The translations under genes were made by a program, and so were the position numbers. A model generated the notes under the pieces. It did no database searches. It saw only the letters and a program-made list of their open reading frames with translations, and had not been told where the DNA came from. This document shows positions 36,409 through 47,640 of a DNA stretch of 64,000 nt, piece by piece. Origin of the DNA: Massalongia carnosa (taxonomy: Eukaryota); NCBI GenBank assembly GCA_965645245.1, contig OZ287068.1, forward strand, positions 2,108,001 to 2,172,000. Reading direction: 5' to 3'. Positions within the stretch are counted from its first letter, which is position 1. The number at the start of each line of letters is the position of its first letter.

Positions 36409-37512
36409 TCACTCCAAAGCAGGCGTGTCGACAAAAAACAAACTCGACATAGCCTCCGGATACCTCCCCCCCGTGAACCTCCGTGTCCTCAACCGCCTTC
36501 CGAATCTCCTTTTCTTACTCCGCCGTCAACTGCACTTGCAACGCCACCCAATTCTCCTCTAAATACTTGATCTTCTTCGTCCCCGGAATCGGGATCACGT
36601 CGTCCCCTTGCGCCAACAGCCACGCCAATGTCAACTGCCCCGTCGTGCATCCCTTCTTTCGGGCAAACTCCCCGAGCTGGTCCACGAACCGCAGGTTCTT
36701 GGAGAAATTCTCCTCTGAAAACCGCGGGCCATACAGCCGGAAATCTCCTTCCTCGAAGTCCGCTCGTGACTTGTGTTGGCCTGTGATGAAGCCGCGTCCA
36801 AGAGGGCTGTAGGCTACCGTGGCGACGCCAAGCTCGCGGTAGGTTTTCAGCAACGCGATGCGGGGGTCTTCGATGTCGAGGATAAAAGGGCTATATTCGA
36901 TTTGCACGGCCGTGATGGGATGGACTTTGTGGGCGCAGCGGAGCGTTTCCGACGAGACTTCGCTGAGGCCGAGATAGTTGATTTCCCCCTCCCTGTTACG
37001 TTATTTAGTCTAGATCGGTGGTGATGGCACACGATGGCTCCTTGAAGAAACGAGGAAACCAAACCCACTTCTTCAATTCAGCCATTGCCTACACCGTCTT
37101 CTCCACCAGCGTCTTCCCGTCCACCCGATGGCAGTAGTACAGATCAATCGTCTCCACGCCCAACCTCTTCAGGCTCGCGGCGCAGGCCGCTTTCGCGTGC
37201 TCAGGATTGCTCCTTACCGTCCTCGTCCCGTCGGCAAGCCAGACGTTGGCGAGCTTGTTGGCAAGGAAGATCTCCTTGCGCTTGCCTGTTCGCTGGAACC
37301 ATTTACCGATTAGATCTTCGCTGTCGCCGTACACGTCCGCGCTGTCCCAGAAATTTTGTCCTAGCTCGTAGGCACGGTCGAGGACTTTGAAGTGCTCCTC
37401 GTCCGACTCCAGCGCGCCGTAAAAGGCCGAGAGACCCATGGCTCCGAACCCGAGGGCGGTCACGTAAGGGCCATCTTTCCCGAGTTGACGTTTTGGCACC
37501 TGGGGAGACTAT
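36409..37512 (-). pseudogene. Aldo-keto reductase (YakC-like), disabled
   Basis: [66 protein letters not shown]; in-frame stops at 37089-37091 and 36515-36517; start reads ATAG-TCT-CCC instead of ATG-TCT-CCC; intron ~36993-37068. Confidence 0.88.
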
Positions 37513-38159
37513 GGATGGGGGGATTTTGTCGAAGGGGAGAATACCAGTAGATGAGACGGAGAACAGATAATTGAAAAGAGGAAATGTAGGGTTTTATGGA
37601 CGAAGAAACACCACATGTTTTGGAACCCTGACTCGGACATAACGAACGGACTTTATCCACACCGCTCCGGTGGAAATCACCCGATGGAGATCTGAATGAA
37701 ACGGCAAAGGACGCCACTGATGTCAAGTCGTGCTTGGGGTCAAGGAATCTTATACACCGAAGCGAGGGAATCATGTCGAGTAAAGTAAGGAGACTTCATT
37801 GCTTCCGTGATGGAGCTTCAAGGAATGACCGTGATATATAAGGCATCATATGTATCTCTATGTAACAAATGAGATCTTCCGAATCATGTATATCGCAAAG
37901 GAAAGCCGGTGGCCATACATCATAATGTCCATGCATCATCATCAATAAAAAGATCGCCGATTGGGTCGATTCTCGTTATCTACATGCTCCAAGAACGACA
38001 GACTCTATCTCGCCGGGAAAGAAACAATGGTAGCGACAGTGAGCCACGATGTACGGCTAGCGCAAACGGGGGTGAGCTTTCGAAGCCCCTTTTCAACGGA
38101 CGTCCAGGACAACGACCAAAAGCGCGGTGTGCTGCCAGCAGCCAGGGTCCAAGCGCGAA

Positions 38160-39257
38160 TCAACGTCGGAGCTTCGCGGCTTGAACCAGTTGATGGACGT
38201 GAGATCGGGATGATCGCCAGGCGTTGAATTGGCGTCTGCCGTGTTGATAGGCATGCGGCAGAGATTGAACAACGTCTCGTTTGCTGGACTTTTGCCGGGA
38301 CGGCGCAGGGCAAGAGGTTCCGATACAGCAAGATATTTCCGTCCCCTGGATGGCGCTCGCGGTGGCCACGTCGTCCGTGGGAAAGGTATATGCGGCTCCT
38401 TGACAAGGCGCGAAGAACGGCAAGGGAGGTCCACTGAATGTTGGGGTATTGTGGCAGATGGCCCCATTGTCCACGGGCGACTGGCATTGGTTGCCTTGGT
38501 TGAACAGTTCGATGTTGCAGCCAGTGACGGCTACGCCAGCCACAGAACAGGTGATGGGCACGGAGTAGCCATCGACATAGCTCACATCAACCGAATGCCA
38601 GTCTTCACCAATGAAACTGGCTTCGATCAGGCTGTTCCCACCGCTCAGGGTTTTGCCCACGGCGATACGTCCCGCCCATCCCGTCGGAAATGTGTAGCTG
38701 GTAGCGGAAGCGAGTACGGTTGGTTGGGGATTACCATCTGCACCTGGACCGCCCTGATTCCAGGCCAAAGCAACCGACAGTGGCGTTCCGTAAGAGTTCG
38801 TGAGTGAAATCGTGAGGCTTCCTGAGCCACGTTTGCCATTGTTTCCTTGGGCTGTGGTTGGAGGTGGCGTGGTGGCAGCAAATTTGGCGACAGGTTCGTC
38901 ACTGGATGTTATCGAAGCTTGTAAGCTAGTTATAACTTTGGTTGTTGACGTCGATAGCGTTGAGTTTGGTGATAGTACCGGGTGCTCATCCTTGACTGGA
39001 GTAGACGAGGCCGTTACGCTTGGCACTAGGACTTCGCTCGAGGAGGTTATCACCACAGGCTTCTCGTTGCCCGTTTCGCCGGAGGGAGTGATAGTAATCA
39101 CCACAGGAGCAGCAGTGGACGTAACAACCACATCACTACCTGTTTCGGTCACCGTGACAATCACCCCTTTGTATTCGGAACCTTGCTGGTGGGCCTGCAC
39201 GCTCAACGGAGCCGCCAGGCCAAGGATTAGCGCCACGATCGACAAGGAGAGCTTCAT
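38160..39257 (-). CDS. Secreted thaumatin-like protein with S/T-rich N-terminal region
   Basis: Signal peptide MKLSLSIVALILGLAAPLSVQA; S/T/V-rich stalk; FPTGWAGRI, SLIEAS, DVSYVDGYSVPITC, FFAPCQGAAYTFPTDD; single 365-aa ORF. Confidence 0.85.
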   Translation of the reverse strand: MKLSLSIVALILGLAAPLSVQAHQQGSEYKGVIVTVTETGSDVVVTSTAAPVVITITPSGETGNEKPVVITSSSEVLVPSVTASSTPVKDEHPVLSPNSTLSTSTTKVITSLQASITSSDEPVAKFAATTPPPTTAQGNNGKRGSGSLTISLTNSYGTPLSVALAWNQGGPGADGNPQPTVLASATSYTFPTGWAGRIAVGKTLSGGNSLIEASFIGEDWHSVDVSYVDGYSVPITCSVAGVAVTGCNIELFNQGNQCQSPVDNGAICHNTPTFSGPPLPFFAPCQGAAYTFPTDDVATASAIQGTEISCCIGTSCPAPSRQKSSKRDVVQSLPHAYQHGRRQFNAWRSSRSHVHQLVQAAKLRR

Positions 39258-41560
39258 GTCTCGATCTGTTTGCTGTTCGGGTTGATATGATGTGCTGTAG
39301 TAGTGTGATAAGGATCAAGCGTCAAGCTTGGTCTGAAGGAGCGTGGGTATTGCAGTATAGAACGAAGGTTGATCTGCAAAAAAAGAGTGTCTGGCTAGAG
39401 GGATGTGCACAGTAGGAGAAAAGTGCGCGCCGGGTGAATGAGATTCATTATATAGACCCGATCCCGGAGTTCCCACCGAATGCAACGAACAGGCCACGGG
39501 CACCATGTGTTTCAAGGAAATTCATGGAAACCTTGGAGCGCATCCTGCATTCACCTGCCATTCACCGCGGCGCAAACCAAGTGAAATGTGGCGCGATTAA
39601 CACGCCTGCAAAGATCCCCTGGCACTTTGGGGTTGGGTGCGTGGAAGGCTGTTCATAGGCTCAGCTGCGCTGCCATCCAAATTGGGAAGCACCCCTGGTG
39701 CGGCCAGGGAGATTTTTTCGTTTCGGCGAGTGGAAAATGGCGACATCACATTTGTCGGGACCATGGAAAGCACAATCGATATGCAAGGAAGTGAAAAAGC
39801 AAACGCGAAGCACCACGAACACCTTCCTTCCTACTCCTCTTCTCTCAGGTCCATGAGAGCCTTCACACTCGATGTTCATCGTGCAGCGTCATTTCCTAGC
39901 CTCGTGCACAGGGCAAAAAAGCAAACCCACATAATTTCCATCGCACCAACCCAAGCATCTTCTGTACCTGTTTCACAATATCGGAAGGTATTTTTGCATC
40001 TAGGTATGCTAGGGGTGGGGGGGTGCTCCGCCCGATAGTTATGCGCGTTGGATCAATTAGCCCCCAAGCCAACACACCCACTGCGAAATGACGAATGGAT
40101 CGATTCGCTCTGAGCCTACTGTTTGCCTTTCATCGGAGTGATGCAAATAATGTTTAGACTTCATGACCTGGCAGGTTTGCCCTGAATTATTAGCCTCCTG
40201 GTCGAATGAGGATCGAAGCCTTACCTCGCTTGGATGGCATGATGGGTACATGATGGGTACCTGGCATGAAGTTGCGGCTTTGCGAATGGGAAGCGTTAAC
40301 GTGGTCAAGGCTCCCGACTCGAGAGCAACCGAAACCTGCCGGAAGGGAAACGAGCGGAACCGAGAGTCAGCTAGAGCCGAAACTAACCAAGGCAGTTACT
40401 CCAGGGTCCCCTCCCCCTGAACCCGGAACCCCCTCCATCCACAATAGGACTAGTTTCACACAGCTCGGTTGCCGATTCAATGTTTCCCGTCCAGATATCC
40501 TGATCACATCCAGCCGCTCACGTGTTCAGGCAATTGGCTTGTTGTGACTCGTGGCGTACAGGGCACGGCGTACAGGGCACGGCGTACAGGGTGTCTGTTT
40601 ACCCTGATCAATCACGTCGATAGTCCACAACTCATACATGCACATCCCCTGGATATGTGATGACATTCGTTTGTGAATGCTTCTCGATGCAGCATGTTCA
40701 CATACATTCATTGCATGTCCATTTGCATGTCCCTTTGCATGTCCTTTGCATGTCCATTTGTGATCGAGGCGTCTAGTTATGTGCAGCGCAAGTGTCTTGA
40801 CTAGTCATCAGTTCATTCTTGCGTTGAGAGTTTTAGTTCGTCGCAGTCAACGAGCCTAAAATCTACAGGATCTACCTGCGCTATCAGAGGGCGGACCAGA
40901 GCACCTCACATTTTTCCGGTTCAAGATGCTTCAATGAAGGATACTGTTGTGAATTTCCTCTCAACCGCCTTGTTTCTCCTTACCATGAGTGCTCAAACGT
41001 TAATGTAAGCTGCCTGAATTTAAATCAGATCTCATTTAAATGGGACTGTTTGGGCACTTGCCCTTTGCGCAGTCTGTCCCGTGCTATTATTTGTTTCATA
41101 ATATTCCAAGAAGCTGTATGGAAGACATCAATGCAAAGCCTTGCGCTTTTGGAAGCCCATTTCTTCTCAAATCCATATGCAATTGTCAACATAGCGGTGG
41201 ATGTGTGTTGATTTTTTTCGCAAGATGAATTGCCGTGGAAAACCGCTCACCTGCTGAGCTTAGTGTTTTGGTTAGACGTGCCGTGTTTTTGAAGCAAAAA
41301 TTACTGGTTTTCGGCACAAATCCCCTATGCGCCCATCGTCCGTCGAGGTTTCATCTTTCTGCCCTTCCCGTTCTGTTTATGAGCAAAGAAGTTTCGCAGA
41401 AGCGGAGGCATCCTGCTCGGACTCGTAAATAAATAAAATGCAATGTCCTCACAGCCTCCACGGCTTGTCTCGTATTTTTTATCTTGTTGCTATATCTCCT
41501 TCTGAGTGGATATTGTAAATACGTCCAAGGTTGCCTCTCAAGTTCCATCAGCATAGAACG

Positions 41561-42321
41561 ATGAAGCTCCAATCTTTCACCACTTTCCTCACTGCTAGCT
41601 TTGCCTGCGCCGCACCGCATTTGACTACTTATACAACCTCCTTATTATGCTCCACGGCATGGAGCGCAGATCCCATAACCAAAAAGACGCATTTTCCCGG
41701 AAAGTGTGTTTCGTTGAATGGTTATAATGATTGTCCTCGGGCTGCGCTTGTGCCTGGAATCTGCCCCCGAGGTAAATCCAGGAAGCTCCGGTGTTTCCTC
41801 CACCTTTGCTGACACAGACCCTGCTTTCCGCAGATAATGATGGGGCCAAACAAGCGTGCTGTGCGGAAATCAAGTGTGGCGAGAAGAGTGAAGGAGTTTG
41901 CCTAAGAAACGATCAGGCATGCGTAGGGGGTGAATGGTACCGGTGCATATTTTCTCCTCCCTCCGCTGGGATTCTTCCGTAGCTGATAATCATCAAGGAT
42001 CCGCACTGTCTGACTGGTGGCGCCTTCTCATGTTGTGTACCTGCGACTCCGCGTCCATCTCCGCCAGACCCGTATGGACAATATCTGAACCTCGAATCCG
42101 ATTACTTCATCCATCAAGCATCGAACCCCGAGCCCAATTCCAAAAAAGAAACAGCAGTAGGAAGCGATGATGACTTTCTCACCCCTAAATCCCTTGAAAT
42201 TCCCGGAAAGGTACTAGGGTTTCCCAGCCAGACTCCCCAAGATTCCAGCGCAAGCCCTAGCGACAACGTGGAAATCACTGGAGATTGCCCGTTTTGGACA
42301 AATTCCCTGGGTTGGTGCTAG
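41561..42321 (+). CDS. Small secreted cysteine-rich protein with two six-Cys modules (second splice junction appears 1 nt out of frame)
   Basis: Signal peptide MKLQSFTTFLTASFACA; intron 41772-41832; C..GKC..DC..GICP..CC then C..GVC..AC.GG..HC..SCC; last exon open 41998-42321. Confidence 0.55.
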
Positions 42322-43049
42322 AGCAGCCCGAGTCTTTCGTGCAGGCTTGCGCGGTGGGTAATTTGGCATGTCGTTGTAACCCAACCATGTCATGGGGGGT
42401 GTGGATCCCTCCGTCCATCGATTCGGGTTAGCTCCAGTCTTTCATTCTGGAAAAGCTCGACCTATGCCTCTCTATGGAACCCTTTCACCCCAACGTTCCA
42501 CAGATTGACCCGCAGAGTCCGCGCGGCCTTGGGAGCGAGACCCCGAGCCAGGGCCGAGGGAAGTGGCAATTAGCTGGTTTTGGGAAGGGGGAGGATGGCA
42601 TTCGTTGCGCATCTATCTGAAGTAAGGAATGAAGGAGGGAAGGAGGGAGGGAGGGTGGGAGAAGTGTGGGATGGATGTTTGAGTTATCGAGCTATCTACT
42701 TATCTACTTATCTACTTATCTTCTTATCTTCTTATCTACTTATCTATTCATTTATCCATCCACCTATCTAAGTAGGAGGAGGAGTAGGAAATCATCCAGG
42801 ATACATCCATACACGCAGGTCTATCTTTCTTAGTTACATATGTACGTATGTACTATACTATACATAGACACGCATACATACATCATCGACATTCCTTCCC
42901 CTCACCATCTTCCCAGGATAAATAAATAAATACATATGGTCACTACCCAGATTAATTTCTCACCCCCCCCCTCTCCCCACACACCCTCCTATCTCTCTCT
43001 TTCACTCTATTAATCCTACAAAAACCCCAACGTTCGGGATGAAACTATT

Positions 43050-43092
43050 GTATGTGTATGTATGTATGTATGTATGTATGTATATATGTATG

Positions 43093-43126
<34 letters not shown>

Positions 43127-43148
43127 TGTATGTATGTATGTATGTATA
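43050..43148. repeat. (TATG)n microsatellite
   Basis: About 100 bp of near-perfect TATG tetramers. Confidence 0.95.
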
Positions 43149-43842
43149 CCTTACGCTTCTTCCCCCTCACCCCTTCAAACAGATCGTCATCTCCCTTCTC
43201 CTTTCTCCAGCGATCTTCCCGATGTATGTATGTACGGTAAACAGATCTGGCGATCTCGGATTCGGGCCGATTCGGATCGGTCCGGGTCGGTACGGAACGA
43301 GTCATTGGCTTTTCTGTTTTGTGAGAGAGAGTGAGAGAGTGTGTGTATGTATGTAACTAATCATCCTCGCCTCTCTCTTATCATATGATGTTCTCTACTA
43401 TACGATTTCCACCAGTATGCAATAAAACATAACACCATACTTAACTCCTCCTCCCCCCTTCCCCCTTTTCGTTCCGCAAAAGAATCCAGCCCAAATCCAA
43501 TCCGAACCCCCCCTTTCCTCCACTGAATGACCGACTAACTAACCGGGCTGGCTGGCTGGACTGCACCGATCCCCAAAGCCAAGTCTACAGCGAAATCGCC
43601 AAGTTAAAGAGAAGGAGAAGGTAAGTATGGAGTGGGGAGGGGAAGAGAAAATAGGGACGTTGCAGATCTTGTAACAATCTTCGTTCCTAGATCACGGTAT
43701 ATAGATGTTGTTATACTCAAACCCAGTCATTCCCACCTAAAAAAAGTAAAAGTTACCATAGATGATCTTATCCTGGAGAATTATCCAACTTGGAAATTTT
43801 CCCAGTTCCCAAAAAACAGTAAGCCGGAGAGAAAAACCCCCC

Positions 43843-46800
43843 CTATACCACCCCCAAAATATCCCGCGCAATTTTATTCCCCGCCTCACCAAGCACATCG
43901 TCGATATCTGCCGTTGGCATCCCGTCGGCATCATGCACCACTCCTTGCTGCAGTAATACTGCATCCGCGTTGTCGCTAACGCCCACGATGTTCCCTACTT
44001 CGCCTGCGTGCCCGCCCACCAGCGCCTCAACGCGCCGGTGAATGCGAACGATCATGGTGGCGCGCGGGAGATTTGTTTTGGAAAGATCAAAGGCCCCCGC
44101 CAGTTCGGCGGCTAGGGCATCGCGAAGGCTGAGCTGCGGCTTGGGTGGGTGGGGGCTTCCTCCTGTTAAGGATAGGGGAAATTGGCGCTGTGGAGTCGCA
44201 ATCATGGTGACTATGATGTCGAGCGCCATGTCTACGTCTGGGTTGCTGCTGGTGTCATAGTGCGCCATCGTTTCGTCGAGGAGGAGAAGTAAAACAGCTT
44301 TGGCGCCAAGGACGTTGAGGGTTTCTACTAGCTGACGGTGGGTGTAGTGGGGCGGAGACATGTCTGCCGAAGAGGCCGATGCGCTGCTCCACAAGAGTAA
44401 AGACTGAATCGTGTGTCTTAATGCAGCTAACAATCCCCCTCCTGGGGTCGACGACCAGCTTTCTAGCTCGGTATGAAAGGCGGCTTCGTGGCGCTGCTTG
44501 TGGGCATGAGGTTTCAAAGAGTCGATTAACGGGCCTATATCCGCGCGGAGTGGGTGCTGACGCTGGGCGTAGGCGAAAGCGTCTTCAAGAGGTTTCGCAA
44601 CGATTGATAGGACGGCGCTATGCATGGCTGCCGAGTCTGGAGACATCGAGGGAGGGCGAAGGAGGGTGTGAAGCGCTGGCATGGCGATTTCGATGACCGC
44701 GGAGGGTTCGGTTGTTTCCCAGATGCGGTGAGCAAAGTAAATGAGGCCGGCGGCAAGTGAGGGGAGGAGGAAGGGTTCGAGAAGATCTGATGAGCGTTGT
44801 TAGTGGGTTGATGGAGTTCTACTCTGCAAAAGTAACATGGGACGGTAGAAGTCATGGGTTAGCTAATCTGATAGACAGCATAACCCGAAATGGATAGTTT
44901 GTAAAAGAACTGATATCCGTACATTCTAAGCCTCCTCTCAGCGTTTCGAGCGTCAAAACCTTTGCCTGACAAGCCCTTAAACTCTGGTCAAATAACGTAG
45001 CGACCAGGAGATGAAAATCTTTGGGGCTACAAGTAGACATCAACTCATCGCTAATACATTCGGTTTCGAAAAGGCCACGAATCCAACCCCCGAGTAGTTT
45101 ACTTTCAAGCTCGCTCAAATGATCCAAGGGCCGGGGCATGCAGGCATTCTTGAAATACTTAAGGACAAAGGAGTTGGGGCTGTCAATCCCAAGGTCATAA
45201 GGTAAAAGGTTGAAACGGTACTTTACGAGAACGATGAACAGGAGTATGCTTCCGAACTCGTCATATACTGGTTGATATTCGCCTTGATAATGTTAGTCAA
45301 TTTCGTTGAGGGGTAAGTTCTCCAAGAATAACCTTGATCCTCGTGGTCTTGCCAACCATCAAGAATGTGGCATAACGGTTGTAACAGAGCAGTCGGTTGT
45401 GTGAAAAGCATGACCACATCTAATGCTAGAGGCTTCCGTGAAAGTGCATTGCATACGCCCTTCAGTGTCATGGTATCATTATTGGTGCAAAGATTATGTA
45501 TGATCTATTAGATTACTTTTAGTTTTCGCTCAGCTAAGTTACGACAATTAGATGAATGAAAATGCTATTTTTCATAATGAAGTAGTGATCTCTCCGTGGA
45601 AAGTAAGGTAGCAATCAACAATCAATACACAAAGCCGGAGAAACAGAATATAGCGGAACTAACCTCGAGCAACGCAGCAGCTATCTCGCCCGCGTTACCT
45701 TCCATATTCTCAAGCTCCCCAATGAATTCTTCGATTTTCGCTGGGTTGGCAAAACACTGCGCTACGAGATCGTCCTTGGCATACCTGCCAGAAGCCGGTA
45801 AACTTTGCATCGGAACGTCGCCCAAAAGAACTTCAATGCTTTGCTCGGGAATCAGTTGGTGCAACGCGCAAGCGAAGAGAAATTCTTGACGGGCCTCTGA
45901 AAGCATGCCGCTTCTCCCCAGCATGTCAAACATCTGGGAAAAAGAGGGGAATGCCGCAGGATCCACTCGGATCAAGGCTTGACTGATACAATATTCGATA
46001 GACAGGGGCTCGAAGATTAATGCAGCATAGTTGGTAAGGAAAGCTGGAAGTTTGTTAACGAGGAATGAGCGAAGTAAAGTGATCGACTCTGTAGATTCGG
46101 TACGGTACATGGCGTTTGCTAGAATGTCAAATGATGCTAAAATCAGATCTGTCACCAAAGTCGCAATATCGCCCTGAAGATGTAAATATTTTATGGACTT
46201 TAACCTAGAAGATGAACTTACTTTGTATCTAGTACTTAAATACTCGATTGCTGAGATATCATCAAATAAAGGGCGTCCATAAAGCTAAAACATTTAGCAT
46301 ATATTCCAATGCTACCTGAGAACATTTACCATAGCATTCAGATAGACGTAGAGGCCGGCTCTCGTATTGACGGAGGCGTTATCCCCGACGCTCTCCTGAA
46401 ACGACAAAGCACCCAAGTCTACGCTGTCCAAAAGCTCTAGAGTCTGGCCAGATACTTCATCATGAATATCGTACTTGTTTTGGCAAAAATTCAAAGTAGT
46501 TGCAAGCTGATAATGTGTTTGAGTAAGCCGTGAAATTAGCATTGAAAGACATCGACCCAAGCATATTTTCGTCTCTACACGTTGTCAGATTACGTTACCT
46601 TGAGCCATTTGGATTGAAAACCAACAAGCTACCTTTCATCGATGGGCTACCCATAGTGTCTTGGGCCAAAGGGCTGCTGAAGGTTGCTGATACAAGATAG
46701 CCAAGAGCACTCGAGCCGGGGAATCGTGTCATCCATACTACGAGTGTTTTCAAAACGGCTTCAACAGCATCCGTTGTCTGGAGAAAACCCTCCACGATTT

Positions 46801-47179
46801 GCATAGTCAGCATTTGCAGAATTAACGCCTCTACGCTTGGTTTCAAAACCCCTTCCATTTCGGGCAAAGACTGGTCTGCAGCATTGTAAAGTCCGGTATT
46901 CGAGCCATCATCCGCCAATGGCGACAGCATAGCAGAGAGAACATCAGCCCCACTGCATGATTTCAGTTGCAACAGCTCACGAGTATATAGTGGTAGACGA
47001 GGGTCAACGAAAGTCGTTTCCCGCCCTTCAGCTAGCAAGGCATGGACTAGTTGTCGCCCTGGAGGGGTAGCGTTCTTCGATTGGAACGCTTTCACCAGCA
47101 TTCGAAACTTGTCGGGAGGGATTCTCTTTTGTAAACATGCATTGAAAAAGTTGTGCCATGGTGATTTTTGGGTGTCCAT
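43843..47179 (-). CDS. MED5: Mediator of RNA polymerase II transcription subunit 5 (Med5/Nut1)
   Basis: Multi-exon; NTRAGLYVYLNA, DLILASFDILANA, LRSFLVNKLP, RQEFLFACALHQLI, ELENMEGNAG, EDQGEYQPVYDEFGSILL, LGGWIRGLF, ISDELMSTC, LLEPFLLPSL. Confidence 0.88.
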
Positions 47180-47640
47180 GATATAGCATCCGAGTCAAAT
47201 CAGGACGGTAAGATAAGGTGTGAGGTAGTGCTGGGGATGAGGACCGTTCGTGTCGGCAGCAAGCATGAACGAAAACGACTCTACTGCCATTCACGCCCGA
47301 TGCAACTGAATGGGAACGTAAATACAATGAATAATATTTAGTAGTGAGTTGCCCTGATTTCCCCCTAATCAGCCCATCAAAGACCAAACCTGTCAATCGA
47401 TGAATATGTTGAGACAATAGTTCTAATTGTCCTTGAAACCTGCAGGACAAGAGTAGAGACGCCTCAATCCCCGGACCCCCCACCCAAATTCATTCCGCTG
47501 TAACTGAGAACTACACATATGCATTACTATAAAACATCATCGCGAGCCTCCATGGTTTTGCGGTTGTTCCATAAATTGGTGCGTCAATTGTCTCATTCGT
47601 GTTCCCCAGAACAGCCCAATAAACACCAAAGTATCCTCAA

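Noticed and set aside
31442..39257. Secondary-metabolite gene cluster (MFS + thiolase + reductase)
   Set aside because: No PKS, NRPS or terpene backbone gene and no cluster regulator in the window; two of the genes are disabled.
43039..43356. ORFs with MYVC/YIHT repeats
   Set aside because: Translations of the (TATG)n microsatellite.
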